From: Octopus sinensis
Lineage: Eukaryota
Reading direction: 5' to 3'
Length of the DNA: 64,000 bases
Assembly: GCF_006345805.1 (NCBI RefSeq)
Contig: NC_042998.1
Span: 60,078,001-60,142,000, forward strand
Shown here piece after piece: positions 38,426 to 53,945 of the stretch. Position numbers and translations under genes: made by a program. The notes below the pieces were generated by a model. That model was given only the letters and a program-made list of their open reading frames with translations, ran no database searches and was not told the origin of the DNA. Position 1 is the first letter of the stretch. The number at the start of each line of letters is the position of its first letter.

Positions 38426-39570
38426 AAAAACTTGTAGATATCAGCGGTTCAGCATAGCGAGAGATATAGATACATACACACACACATACATATGTGTCTG
38501 TGTGAGTACATATACATATATGCACATATATGCATGCATATATGAAATTACGTATAAATACAAATATAAATAAATAAATAAATATATACATACATACATA
38601 CATACATATATATATGGATGTGGGTTTCTTTAAAACTAAACAGATGAACCTACCTCTCAGCTGGAAACACAGATGCCGGCAGTGGCGGCGTCGAACTCCC
38701 GTGTTGACCAAGTGCCACGTATCAGAGGTGGTTTCACATACTACTGTAGCACAGTCAACGGTGGTGCCCCAGCAAGGCCACAGCTTTCGAGCTCATACCT
38801 TTTTAAGGATTTAAGGATATATATATATTCATATATCCATACATATGTGCGTGTACGTGTGCGTGTGCGTGCATTGTGTAGATGCGTAAATCATATCAGA
38901 GAAATTAACTGAATAAAAAAAGGGCAGGTGAATATATTTCTAATCAGAAATAATGTTAGGAAAAAACATGATATTTAATTAAATGATAGGGTCCTAATAC
39001 CACGCAGAGGAATTGAAAACATTAGATCCTGAAGGATTTAAATCAATTTCCAATTCCCAATATAGGAGCATTTACGTACTTACCTACCTATCTACCTACC
39101 TATCTACCTACCTACCTACATACATACATACATACATACATACATACATACATACATACATACATACATACATACATACATACATGCATACGTACATACA
39201 CGCATAGATAGATAGATCATAGATATGTATGTGTGCGTGTTTATGTGTGTGTATTCATACATATGTATGAATATGCATAGGTGTGTGTGTATTACCATCT
39301 TTCCATTTTAAAATCACTATGTGGTCCAATTTTATATATCTTTAAAGAATATTTAGAATTAATTTAAAGAGAGGGCTCTGAGAATATGCTAAGTAGTAAA
39401 TTTGCAAACTGTTTTCCATTTTTTTTTCTAACTACTAATGATGCCAGAAACTCATTAGTTTCATCGATAGAAACGCCTCTGAAATCTCCTTCAAATCACA
39501 CGTTACCTGCTTTTTAAATCAAGGTATGACATTCTGGAAAACGTACTCACTGTTGCACTATAGATAAAAG

Positions 39571-39872
39571 TGTAGAGGCACATAGTCTAGGGGTTAGAGC
39601 AGCGGACTCGCGGTCGAGGGACCGTGGGTTCGAATCTCAGACCGGGCGATGTGTGTGTTTATGAGCGAAACACCTAAGCTCCGCGCGGCTCCGGCAGAAG
39701 GTAATGGCGAACTTCTGCTGGCACTTTCACCACAACTTTCTCTCACTTTTTCCTCCAGCATCTTGCAGCTCACTTGCGACGGACTGGTGGGGAACCTTTA
39801 CGTCAAGGAAACCAGGAAACCGGCGCTTATGAGCCAGGCATGGCTCGAGAAGGAACAAAAAAAAACTATAAC
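39571..39872 (+). mobile_element. tRNA-derived SINE (family G)
   Basis: ggcacatagtctaggggttagagc..gggttcgaatctcagacc head, A-rich tail. Confidence 0.7.
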
Positions 39873-40774
39873 TAAAAGCACGAAGATTCATAAGGTTTTT
39901 ATTCTTGTTCGGTTGGAATAGGGTTGACATGGGAGTAAACAATGATTGTATTATTTACTCTTGCTAGCATCCTCTTGTAGTTAAACTTTTGATAATTCCA
40001 CTACAACCGGCATAAGTCAAACTTCTGAGATGGTATGTTAGCTACCTGTTAGCTGATAATCAGCTTTCTCATTCTCATACCATTCTTGGACTTGACACTT
40101 AATTCAGCATTGATTACTGTTTTTGATTTGTCTTGTTTTGTCCTTACCATATTGGTTATCATTTGAAAACTTGAACTCGATTAATTGAGTACGACAGATT
40201 GAACAGTGAAACAAAAAGAATATTCATTCCTCAGTTACTTAACATTATATAAATAATGTTAAAATCAAACAATATATCATTATTACTCCAACACATTATA
40301 CAAAGCTATGATTATTTTTTCAGCTTTGTATAAAAGAATAAATCTTGTGCTTTGATTAATAAAAAAAATGCTATTATATGATATAGAACCAATCTAAATT
40401 CTCACTTTTTATAATACAAGTAACTACTACTGTTTTAACTGCACATAACACTTCAATTAACGTTTGTTCTTCCTTTAGTTGTTTGCTTCACTTTTTTCTC
40501 ATTTTCCCAGACCTGATTTTCATTTATTTTGTTTTAAAATTTATATTTCTTAAATCTTTCATGTTACATATCAAATGTTTTATGTTTTAATCAAAGCTTT
40601 CTGATGAAATAATAATAGACTAGACATCATTATGTTTGTTTGCTTTTTACTTTTTTTGTGAAATGATTTTGTAATTGTGCAGTCGAAAGGTATTCACATT
40701 TGAAACCGAATTAGTAACCTACATCTATAAGTTCCTATGCTTCATAAATAACTAACATGGATTTTGGAAAATTT

Positions 40775-40815
<41 letters not shown>

Positions 40816-41158
40816 AGTCGCAGTATAGTGTGAGGTAAGAAACTTACTTTCCAATTACATGGTCGCGTATTCCACTGTTCCACTGCGTAGCACGCTGCGC
40901 AATTGTCCTCTGCCATAGGCTTCGGACCGTCTAAGCATTTTGAATGAATTTCGTAGAGGGAAACTGAAAGATACCTGTTGTATAGATATGTGTACGGGAT
41001 TGTGTGTATGTGTATGTGTGTGGATATATATATTTTGATTATAATCACCCCACGGATTTTTATGGATAACACCATACAGAATTCTGGTGCATCTAAATTA
41101 AGTACCATATTCATTTGAATCTAAATTTTTGCTGAACTTATATATATATATATATATA

Positions 41159-41259
<101 letters not shown>

Positions 41260-41367
41260 ATATATATATATATAATATATTTATATATATATATATATTA
41301 TATATATATACATATATATATACATATATATATATATACGTATTATATATATATATATATATATAGT

Positions 41368-41420
<53 letters not shown>

Positions 41421-42285
41421 ATGTGTGTGAGGTATATATGTAAGAGACACAAGCCAAATTTTAAAATTTGAATGCATTTAGTACACTCGTTTCAAATAAT
41501 TATGTAAGAAAAATAGCTCGTTTTTATCTTCTCCTGTTAAAACGTTTCGAAATATTTTTTTTATGTGTTTTAATGAAGAAGCTACACACGTACAAAATAT
41601 TTTACCCAAAATAATTACTTGAAACACCTGTATTAAATCTGTATTAAATACATAAAAAATGCCGATACTAGTTTTGCCTTTATTATATATATTATATGAC
41701 TCTACGGCATCATAATCTAACGTGTCTTTGTCCCGTTTACACGATTAATGTAATAAAAATTTACGGTGGAACTCGATCCGAGTCAAGAAATTCTGGTATA
41801 ATGTATCACACTTAAGCATGGTACACAGACGCGGGCACACTTGCACACTCACACACGCATACACACGCGCGTGCGCACGCACAAAGCAAATATTCTCTCT
41901 CTCTCCCTCTTTTTCAATGAGAGAGAGAGAGAGAGAATGGAGAGTATAATGAAAGTCAGGAGGTATGAGATGAATAATTACATTTCACCAGTTGAATAAG
42001 ATTACAATCATTTCGCAGTCTACATCATGCATAAATAACTTATTTTAGAGTATAATGAATTAGTTTACATGATTGCACTAGTTTTTATGTTATAAAGATA
42101 AGAAAAAATAAGTACTAGGCTTACACAGAATAAGTCCTGGGGTCGATTTGCTCGACTAAAGGTGGTGCTCCAGCATGGCCGCAGTCAAATGACTGAAAAA
42201 AAAAAATAATACAAACAAATATATAATTATATATATATATATATATATAATATATATATAATATATATAATATATATATATATAT

Positions 42286-42421
42286 ATTATATTAAATTAG
42301 AGACAAAACCACTATTATGCAAATCAAACAAAGAAAGACTTAAGCCAATACATAAAATAATTTATATAAATTTAGAAATTTAACAATTATAATAGTGGTT
42401 TTGTCTCTAATTTAATATAAT
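42286..42421. repeat. 33-bp perfect inverted repeat next to (TA)n
   Basis: 42286-42318 is the reverse complement of 42389-42421. Confidence 0.85.
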
Positions 42422-42870
42422 ATAATATTTTACTATAAAATTGGATTCAATCCTAAATCTGATTTTTCCCTGTAAATTTGGATTTATTCCCTAATATTTA
42501 TTATATATATATATATATTATATATATATATATATATATTATATGTTGTCTTTTGAATTTATGAAAAAATGTTTCATAAAACTCAACAATTTAGTTAAAA
42601 ATGGAGAAGAGAAGATGTTATAACAAATTTTAACTCGTTTCGTACAGAGATATAAAAATCATGCAAATTCATAGTTGAATTGAATTAAGTTAAATTCACA
42701 ACAGATCATATACAAATATTATTTTCATATTCGCAAATTTACGCCTGTAAACTACCAGCAAAATATGAAGAATCAATATTAGAAATCTTTTGGGGAAACC
42801 TCCAAATTAAAGAACGAATCTAAATTCAACCTTCTTACACCTTTATATATATACATATTATATGTATATG

Positions 42871-42936
<66 letters not shown>

Positions 42937-42955
42937 GATAGATAGATATATAGAT

Positions 42956-43043
<88 letters not shown>

Positions 43044-43522
43044 AAGAAGATAGATAGATAGATTGATTGATATAGATATAGATATATATATCTCTCTCGC
43101 TTCTTAATTTCCCTACTTATTGATATGTGCTAACAGTTTTTTTTCCTTATAAAGCCTTTACTATAACTACTGGGTTGTTGTTGGTTTTTTTTTTTTGTTG
43201 AGTTTAAGACTATGTTTACTGTTTTTTTAGTAATTCCAGTGAAATACTTTTCGTCAGCCGGGAAAAAAAGATTAAAGCTTTGAAACGGAACTTAATGGAA
43301 ACCGAGAGTTATTCAGTTCGACTGTCATTCCAAACTGCTACAATTTCACAGTTGTATTACATATATGCTTAAAGAACAACATATAAAAATATAACTGAAA
43401 ATGCATTCAGCCATAAGCTACGTTATTTAAGAAAAGTACTCACCCAAATTTACGTTTCTATCCATTTATATGTACGTTTATCCTTATTTATATACATATA
43501 CATACACACATACATACATCCC

Positions 43523-43568
<46 letters not shown>

Positions 43569-43784
43569 CGTATCCGACCAGGCTATCAGATGTTGCTGCA
43601 CATCGATGGTCACAATGCGCTTCGCATTGTTTTAGCCTTCAAATGACGCCACCCCGCTGGCTAAGCGAGCAGGCCAATATATATATATATATATATATAT
43701 CATAAATTTCAGCTCAAAGCTGCGATTATACTCGTGCACCGTAGTTTTGCTACGCTGTTATTATTGACATTCTCTTCTGATATG

Positions 43785-45035
43785 TGGCATGTGGTGAATA
43801 AGGGAGTTTAATGTCACTGCCCTCATTTGCGCCTCCTCTCACGAGGCGAGTTCGTATGGGACTTTCGACAGGAAGAAATCCAGCCCTGTTTTCAAAATAT
43901 CTACATCCACTTCGTGTAGGTCCGATGCCATTGTTAGGATCTTTGGCACTGTGCAGTGGCGACCCGTTCTGGCATTTGAGTAGCTTTCAATGCCAAACTT
44001 TGGCACAATCCTTTCTAGGACCTTCCAGATGTATATTACTGCATATCTCTCCCGCCTTCGTTCCAAGGAGTAGAGTTTCAGCAGTTTCAGTCTTTCCCAG
44101 TAGCTAAGCTGTTGCAATGAGACGATCTTCTTTGTGAAGCTTCGCTGGATTGCTTCAAGGTCTGCTGTTAATTTTACACTGTGGGGTGACTATAGACGGG
44201 AGCAGTAGTCATGGCAGCTGAGGACGAATGTCCTCCACAGTACCATCATGGTTTCCCTCTCTCTGGTTCTGAAGATTCTCAGGATCCAGTCAGCCAGATG
44301 TCTGTACTTACTCACCATCTTGGTAATGTGCACTTGGAAAGAGTTATCATAACTCACGTCGATACTCAGGTCCCACACTGATTTTGAACCTGGGATTCTA
44401 ATCCCTCCTAGGCCAGTATACCCTGTCAGTTTTTCGTTTAGTTGTGGGCACTGGAAGCACAGGGCTTCGAATTTTGAAGCATTAAACTGCATATTATTGT
44501 CCTCAGGCCGTCTGTAATTTGCTTCCTTTAGTGAGGTTTGCTGGAAATCATCAGGACCAGCAGCAGAGGTTGCGTCCACCTCATCTATGGCTAGTATTAT
44601 ATTTTCTTCACCAATGTGACCATCGTAACTGCCTCGCTGGTTATAGTTGAGGCGGAAAATAAATCGTTCACTGGTCTGTGTTCCAACGGGATGCTAAAGA
44701 CACATTTGAACTGGTCATTCAGTACCTCCCTGATTCTGGTTGGGTTATCTGTGAGGGAGCCACCCTTCTGGAAGAAGGGTCGTATTTTGCAGCGTAATGA
44801 AAGAAGGCCTTTAGGTTTGACTTGGTGTGTTTTTTATACCGTAGGCTTCTTTATCTGATCTCTCCTTCATATAGGGTTGTTGCAGGCTTTTTTCAATATC
44901 CATCAGTGTTGTTTTTAGGCGGAACCTTTCACTACATTTGAGATGTTGGTTGAAACGATTTGCAACCTTCTTCCGTCGTCTCATGAGGTTCTTCCGTTCT
45001 CTTGGAATCTTGCTCCTTTTGACCTTGTGCTCTGA
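43785..45035 (-). mobile_element. Decayed CR1-type LINE with two large internal deletions
   Basis: [13 protein letters not shown].., AAGPD../NNMQFNASKF.., WILRIFRTRE..CSRL, LSYWERLKLLKLYSLERRRERY.. Confidence 0.85.
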
Positions 45036-45220
45036 GACACACATATACATATATACATACATACATTTATATATATATATATATATATATAGATATATAT
45101 ATATATTATATAATATAATATATTTATATATATATACATATACTTATATATATATATATATAGATATACACACACATATACATATACATATATACATATC
45201 TATATTATATATATATTATG

Positions 45221-45261
<41 letters not shown>

Positions 45262-45907
45262 ATACATATATATACGTATATATATATATATTTATATGAA
45301 TATGCGTGTGTGTGTGTGTGTTATATATATAAACTTAGACATACATAAATATATACATACATATTTGTGTATTTTTTTGTCGGTTATCTCTCTAATGTTT
45401 CTAAGAAGATCTCACCCACATGCATGCAGACATACAGAGTCACACATAATTTAAATATCTATACGTCTATATGTATGAGCTGAAATCCTTCACATTCAGA
45501 TGTTGCAGCAAAGACATTAATCTCACTGGAGTAAAACAGAATAAATGAAATACAACTTAATCCCACTGTGAAATATATATGACAGAAGTCATTAAGTTTT
45601 ACACGATTTCAATTATGGCGCAATAACATGTCTTGACAATGAAGGATTCCGATTTTATAAAAGTATTTACAAAATGTTTTTTTTATCGGTCTATTTGTTA
45701 CTGAATATTAGTCCGCTCCTAGACAGACACTGCCTTATCAGTCCCCCCACCCCACCCATGAAACACGGTCGTAGTCGCTCATTCAACCCTTCTCTATTCC
45801 TAATAAAATCGTTCTTGTGGACGTTGTTCCACGAGACTTCATACTGCGCAGTGTAGCACATTCCGAACGAAATAAAGAAATAAAGAAAGAAAGAAAGAAA
45901 GAAAGAC

Positions 45908-45954
<47 letters not shown>

Positions 45955-46285
45955 AAAAAAGAAAGAAAGAAAGAAAGAAAGAAGGAAAGAAAGACAGAAA
46001 AAACTTTACTGGTCCTTTATTCACCGGCCTTGAAAGGACCTCGGCACAAATTGAACTCAGGGAGCTAAGATTCAGAACAAACTCTGCAAGGCTGCAGAAT
46101 TGGATACTGTTCCATAACATTTTTTAAAAAAATACTCGACTACTGATTCCAGTAATTCGTTGAAGTATGGAATTCACTCCAAAACACAATATTAGGACTA
46201 TAAGCATTCATAACCATTAGCCTACGGTGGAAACGATATAATTTTTTAATATGCGTGTGCGCTCATGATATCCGATAGTTTTGTT

Positions 46286-46317
<32 letters not shown>

Positions 46318-46515
46318 AAGGCAGTTCACATACTTTTCTTTAAACTTTATCGAACTACTGAGTTCGATGCGATCGAAGATGACCTAAAATTTCTATTTAC
46401 GCAAGTGTATTAGCACACATAGAGTTGTCCTTTTTACGTATTACTGAATCTTCACTCGGTACGTGACTATTCGTAACGCTAGAGTTAAAAGCTTAGAGAC
46501 TAACAACTCTTAGAC

Positions 46516-46553
<38 letters not shown>

Positions 46554-47678
46554 GCTGTATCATATACAAACAAATGCGAATGTTATATTTCAGTGAATTA
46601 TATATAGAAGCAAACATAGGAAGAATGATAAAGACAAAACCAAAACTGGAATACAAATTGGGATCTGAAACTTATGTTTTCTTTCCTTTCGAAGATAATC
46701 TTCTTCAGTTTACTTGTTTACTTTATACACTGTGTGTCTATCGGTATATATTGTTGCTCCACGTCGATGATATATAAATAGATATATATATTATCTGTCT
46801 TTTACTTGCTTCGGTCATTTGTTTGCGATCACACTTTATCAGTGTATGGGTGCATCGATGTATGCATAACCAGTATATACGGGTATGTGTATATGCGTGT
46901 GTTGTTAAAGTTTGGAAATGTATTCATCAAAAGCGATGTGTGTGTGTGTATGTGTTCTGAAGGTATATATATTAGTCTTTTTTTAAATATGTATGTGCGT
47001 AATTTTATCTCCATAAAGGTATATTTATCTATTATCTATCTATCAATGTGTTCATATATGTATTACGTATGTGTGTGGGCATGTGTGGGGGGCACGAGTG
47101 GTGGGGCATGTGTGTGTGTATGGGGTATGTGTGTGTATGTATATTGTATATTGTATGTATAAGAAATTAATTTATATAAAACATAACTGAAATAATTTCA
47201 AATAATTTATTCCTTTTCTGCGTGTAATTACGCTATATTGCTACCCATTCATGTAGAGGTAGTTCGAGAAGAATTGACAAACAGACAAGGAAAGGTCATA
47301 TGTATGTAAACCAATGATGTGTCTACAACATAACTGAGTTTGTGATGTAAGCGTGCAAACAATAAATATAAAAGCAGTTATATCAAGAGTGGATATTGGC
47401 CTTTGAAGTAGATTCAAATAAACATAAATGCTTACTCAGTACAGTTACAGTTGCATATACCAGCATACCACTGATACAGAAATACATATACACGTCCAAA
47501 GTACAGATGCATAGATCCACATTCACACCAGACAGACAAAATTCATTCATGGACACACATGCAACACACAGACATAGATATGTTGATCTGCATCATACAT
47601 AGACACACACCATACAGAAATGTACAAGTAAAACACATGCGCATACTTGAATATATATGATGGATGAAACACCGCTGT

Positions 47679-48116
47679 GGAAAAAGGTAATATTAGAGTT
47701 TCAGTATAACCCTTTTCGGAATGCATGTGCCAACACACGACTTTTAACACACAAATACATACGCACACACACACACACACACACAGACATGTAAACACAC
47801 ACGACACAGACACAAACGCACACACACACACAAACACACATGCACATACACACAACCGCACCCCCACCCGTTTGTGTGCCTGTATGGATACATATCGAAG
47901 CCATAGTCTCATAAGATTGGCTTCCTGGGTTCCGTACCGCATACAAATCCACATCGCGACCCCCACGCAGTCCGTCGCAGGATTGCTCATTTTTGCCCAA
48001 TGAATGGACTAACTTAACAGGGAATCGAAACCACAATGTTACGATCATGTGTGCAACACAGTAACCACAAAACTACCCATCTCCAAATACATACATATGT
48101 GTGTATGTATATATAA

Positions 48117-48185
<69 letters not shown>

Positions 48186-48329
48186 GTGTGTGTGTGTGGT
48201 GTGGTGTGTGTGTGTGTGTGTATACAAACCGATGAGGAAAAAGGTAATATTAGACTTTCAGTATAACCCTTTTTGGAATGTATGTGCCAACACACGAATT
48301 TTAACACACAAACACATACGCACACACAC
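47679..48329. repeat. About 92-bp direct repeat pair 557 bp apart
   Basis: ggaaaaaggtaatattaga..caacacacga..ttaacacacaaa at 47679-47770 and 48236-48329. Confidence 0.8.
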
Positions 48330-48407
48330 GTACACACATATATATATGTGTGTGTGTATTATAAATTGGACAGACGAGCATGACAATATATATATTATAT
48401 ATAATAT

Positions 48408-48519
<112 letters not shown>

Positions 48520-48710
48520 GTAGGTAGATAGATAGATACATACATACAATATCTTTACAAGTACGTTTAAATAAAGAAAAGTTCTTCGAAAAATACAGAA
48601 CACGTCAAAATATAAATGCATAACCAACATTGATCTCTTTATATATTTTAATTCACGATTACGAACCCATCACTACATATTTCTCCCCACTGCTCCAGAT
48701 TTTGAAATTT

Positions 48711-48751
<41 letters not shown>

Positions 48752-49093
48752 GGAAAGTTTACGAAAATAAACAGACGAAGGCAGGTGGTGTACAAACAAA
48801 CAGATGTATTAGTATATATATATATATATTCCCGCCACTACCGGAAGCTAAACAATTATCTCCCCTGCCCACAATAACAACGATAACCAATTACCTCCTC
48901 TTAAATTCTTCTAGTTGTTGAATCATTCATTTGTAAACTTCACAAAATAATTCTACCTAAGAAAATACGTATTTCAATAAATTTTAATGTCTTGAACAGC
49001 GAAAGCGAAACTGGTCGACAAGCATAATACAAGATATATTAAAAATTATATAAAAACTATGTAAATTGTGTGCATTTTCCTTCTATAATTTCT

Positions 49094-49133
<40 letters not shown>

Positions 49134-51499
49134 CGACAGGCATACCCATATTCCTATCTATCTATCTATCTATCTATCAAGTTCATTCACATGCATTGCT
49201 GTAACAGAAAACATTAAACTTGAATCCACGTGGATGGAAAGCAAGCTTATTAAACATATACCCGTATATCATGTATATGTAAGTGTGTGCGTGCGCACGT
49301 GTTTGTAAGTTTGATAGAACAAACAGGGGAAATAGAAGTACAATACATTAGTATTTATATCTTTTTATTAATTTTAGTTGTGGTAAGCTGTAGAAATGAC
49401 ACAAGAACCAAAAGTTTCGTGCATGTCACGTATCGCGCTCTCCACGAAACTGTCTGTCCTTGGGTCACTTTTGTAACTTTTTCTCGATTACCAGTATTAA
49501 AAGGTATAAAATTATATATGTGTGTGTGTGTGTGCGTGTGCGTGTGTGTATGTGTGCCTGTATATGTGCATGCGTAAGTGTACATGTCTTCATGTGTACA
49601 TGTGTATATGTGTGTGTATACATACATTCTTCTCTCAGACATACAGCCGTTGTTCTAAAAATGGAAAGTAATTTCATGAGAAACAAATTTGAAAGATGCA
49701 CTCATTTTAAACCTGAATACTTAAATAGTTTTAACAAAAGATTCTATTGTGGCGATTCCAAAAGCTTATAAGATTCGTTTTAATGAAATCAATAAATATA
49801 ATTTGCGGAAGGTGTGCAATTTTGAAAAACAATAGAAACCTATTCATATGCATAAAATTACGCCTACCAAATTTGTTTACGCCTACCAAATCTAATCACA
49901 AAGCTTTTGTCAGCCCGAGCCTATAGAAGAAGACACTTGATCAAGTTGCCACACTGTGGGATTAACCCGAAAATCATGTAGTTGGAAATTAAACGTCTTA
50001 CCACACAGTCACGCCTGACTTTTTTATCGTTACTGCTGTTTTTCCTTTGTTTTGCTTGGTTTTTTTTTCTGAAATTGTCGCTATATTCTGACACGGTCGA
50101 ACCCTATGATGTTTCCTCAGTCTTATTCCAATTTAAAGACAGTCTCCTTGTGGAATAACTTTCGTATGGTCAATGCCCGCAATCAGTACTTCCATGCTGC
50201 TCAGTGGTATTTATACAACTCAGTTACTCTGTCTTTTCTTTTCAGACAAATATAAAAGATTCTGGAGTTAATTACATTTGTGCTAAAAGTGCTAAAAAAT
50301 GATCAGAGCCTGCGTAGTCAGTGCATAACACTTGATCTCGTGACATAAAGTGAAAAAGAAATGTGCCTCTACGTATATAGAAGTATTGTGCTGCATCATT
50401 GTTTTATATAGAAAAAAGTTAAAAGAGAAAACAACTAAGGGTATATTCAGCTAGTATGCACACGGATTTTCGCCTGCATTAAAATATATCAAAAGATTTG
50501 TGGTCAACAGAAAATTAAACTATTTGGTTATTGATTGCTATTAGGCTTTACTGTCCTCCAAATATATAAATCCCCCTGTGATACGGAATTTTGTTTGTAG
50601 CTGCTGCCTGCTGCAAAAAATAACTGCCAGATCTTCGTTGTCTCGCCATCGAAAGTATACATAATATAATCATTTTTCTACGTGGGTTTTGCTTCTTTCT
50701 TTTTCAGGGGAGTGGATAAGTATTCGTCTCTCAACTCACGGATCATTTATTTTGTCTTTGATCAAAATATGTTACTATCTCTGCTTCGAATATATAACAT
50801 TATTTAACGTAGTTTTCTACAGAAACATATCTGCTATAGACCACTGTTTTATCTATGTACAAATCATCTGCCTCCATTTTATCACTATCGCGATTGCAAA
50901 CTTAACTTCAACTATATGAAGGAACTATCTATGAGTATCATAATTGATTATTTCGATAACAGTAATTGATTTATCGACACAAATTGTTGAACTATTTTTT
51001 CAACTTTGCTAAGCTTGAAGCTTAGGCCATTAGTGTTTTGTACTGACTTCTGTTGATTCTTATAATAATTCGTCGAATAAAAATTGTAAATTCTTTTTCT
51101 TTGAAAAACGTCGCATAATTTTCGAAATTGTGAATACCCTGCTGATGAATAGTTTAAGACTTAGTTCTATGGTGACGGCATTAAGTGATAAACGTTTTGA
51201 TGAATTATTTGCTAATTAAGTTTCATTACCGAAAACTTCTCCCATACCTTTCTTTTTAACAATATAGTTTTGCCTCATATATGTATTCAACTAAACTGAG
51301 CCATTAGAAAAAATAACTTTTTTTCTGAGGTACCCCAACGACCGAAAAATAATTATGAAGAAAAATAAATAAAATAAGGTTTTAAATGAATTTCAATAAC
51401 ACCACGTATGTCACTAAAACAGGCCAATGATGTCATTACTCCATTGTAACGAATAGAAAGCTGAGAAATTAGAGAGCTGAAATAAATGGAGCACCTTTG

Positions 51500-52850
51500 C
51501 CTTCTAATTCTTTGTTATATAACCAGTAACGAGATATTTAATCTATTACAAATACTCTTCATTTCATTTGGGTTTGAGTCCATGCTCAGGCCAAGTCGAA
51601 GACTCCACCCTCAGAGTCTGGTGTGGTTGCCAGGTTGTATTCTCTGCTTAAATTTGACATGTGTAGGAGCGAGTTTGAGTCAGTTTGTGCTCGTTGTGTA
51701 TATCCTGGGAGATGGGGTTCATCTCTAATGGTGCTTAAGTATCTATCCAGTTGCAATTTGAATGATTCCACACTGCATCCTGATAGATTTCTGACATGTA
51801 CCGGAATGGAGTTGAACAGTTGTGCTCCTCGAACCAACAGACTTGATTCTCGCAGGGTTTTTGCTGCCTGGCCAGCCTTTTTGTTGATTGGTGGCAGCTG
51901 GCAGCGTCTTCCGTGGCGCAGTGAGTGGTAGGTTTTGATACCAAAGTTTGGCACCTTCTGCTCTATCATTTTCCAAATGTATATAATTCGGTATCGCTCA
52001 AATCTTCTTTCTATTGAGTACATCCTCAAGGTTTTGAGTCTTTGCCAATAGTCCAGGTCCCTCGTTTCTGAGAAGTATGAGGTAAAATTTCTTTGGAGCG
52101 ATTCTATCTTAGATAGTTGGCCCTTGTTGTTGGTGACCACAACTGAGAACAGTAGTCAATCCTCGGAAGTATCATACTGTTCCAGAGGGTTTTCATTGTT
52201 GAGGTATCTCTTGATTGAAGGTGCGCAAGATCCACCCGCTGTACTTTCTTGCAGTAAGACAGACTGAGTCAAGGTGTTCTCTGAATTTTAGGTTGGTTCC
52301 CATGTGGATGCCTAAATCTTTCACATACTGTTTTTCCATTATTTGTTGTCCTGATGGGTTTCTGTAGTTTGTTGTATTTTTCAGATCTTGATCTGTTCCG
52401 TAGCGAATTAGTTCAAACTTCTTATCATTGAACAACATGTTGTTTGTTTCCTGCCATTTATATATGGTGGTCAGGTCCTTTTGTAAGGCCTCTGTATCCA
52501 CCTCGTCTTTGATTTGTCTCATGACCCTGGTGTCATCAGCAAAGGATGAGACGTTGCTGGTTGTATCTTCATCTATGTCAGAGATGAGGATGAGAAACAG
52601 GATTGGGCCGAGTACTGTACCCTGAGGAACACTGCTGGTCACAGGTGATGGTGTTGAATGGGTTCCATTCACAGTGACTGTTTGAGTTCTATTTGTAAGG
52701 AACTCGTTTATCCATGTACCAACTTTTCCTCCTACTCCTAGCTTTCGAAGTTTGTGACCCAGGATGCCATGATCTACCTTGTCAAATGCCTTGGCAAAGT
52801 CGAGGTAGATAACATCTGTGTTGTATCCATTCTCTAGATTTTCTCTTGTT
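51500..52850 (-). mobile_element. 5'-truncated CR1-type LINE, RT C-terminal half well preserved
   Basis: DVIYLDFAKAFDKVDH..VPQGTVLGPILF..FADDTR..NNMLFNDKKF..YWQRLKTLRMYSIERR. One frameshift near 52200. Confidence 0.92.
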
Positions 52851-53600
52851 AGAGTTTAATAATCTTTTACATCAAAATAGTTAGTATTTATAGCCAGCTT
52901 TCTAATTCATTTTATATTTTGTTCTGCTCACCATTGACTTTCATACCTTCATGCAAAATAATTAACCAAGCAATTTTATGAGGCAAAACCCAAGCCACGC
53001 AGTCGTTCAGCTTGCGAAAAATAACAGCAAAATTTTCATCGAGTTCAGCATACTTTCTTAAATAAGTACGGATACAATGGATAATACAAAACCTGGTGTT
53101 CAATGAAACTTGATAATTACGAAAGAAACGCCTTTATCGCTGATTTTATGATGTGGATTGCTTTTGGGTTAAGAAAAAGCATAAAAAAACAGTAGTGAGA
53201 AAATGTCAGTGAAGTCAGTGACAAAGTAGGGACTAACATCAATCTAAAAAAAGCCTAAAATTTTATATATTCAATTAAATATGCTTGCTTTTTCTCTCTT
53301 TTCACTCTCGTTTTTCCCCCCTCTCCTTCTTTCTATCCTCTTTCTATTTCTCTCCTTTATTTTTTCTCTCTAGTAATCAACATTATCCCCTAGATACATA
53401 TGAATTACATTAAATACGCTTTACACCCCTTAGTTACACTTTTGCAAACTATCGGACATTCTTGTTTTCACCAGAGAAATTCCCCTTCATACAGTTGATG
53501 TTTTACTTCTATAAGGTGAAGTATCATCAGATGCTCAGAAAAATTGTCTTACCACACGATAACAGTACCGTCTTGTCCAGCGGCCAACAGCCAAAGACGT

Positions 53601-53638
<38 letters not shown>

Positions 53639-53646
<8 letters not shown>

Positions 53647-53945
53647 GAAACGAGGTACACACACGCACTCTCTATCACTTTCTCCCCATTCCTCACCCCC
53701 TTGTACTATCTTATATCTCTCTGCACCCCTACACACTCAATAATACTATTATAAAAAGAGACAAACTTCAGGAAAAGTTCAATCTGACGACTGCATTAGA
53801 GTGGACGCAAGTGCTAATATATGATTTATAAAAACATGTGACATATTAATAAATATCTGTAAATATAAAACCATCCAGATTTCTGAGTAGCTCATTTCTT
53901 CTAATATATAATACCTGTATATTAACTCCAAATCTTCTAATATAT
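53639..53945 (+). mobile_element. Family E element with 20-bp inverted termini and variant hammerhead-like motif at 53779-53824
   Basis: 53639-53658 is the reverse complement of 53887-53906 (2 mismatches). Contains CTGACGA-C-TGCAT(TAGA)GTGGA-C-GCAA-GTGC-TA. (TA)n on both sides. Confidence 0.7.

Noticed and set aside
50230-50310. Acceptor-like tttcag followed by TNIKDSGVNYICAK (Ig-like DSGxYxC)
   Set aside because: Motif spacing is wrong, the frame stops after 18 codons, and no partner exons were found.
51135-51180. CTGATGA followed by an ATAG/CTAT stem (also bare CTGATGA at about 40601, 55161 and 58735)
   Set aside because: No GAAA, stem III or NUH downstream.
53490-53536. Minus-strand CTGATGA with a perfect TACTTC/GAAGTA stem
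   Set aside because: The following GAAA lacks its G and no stem I partner exists; probably chance or very decayed.
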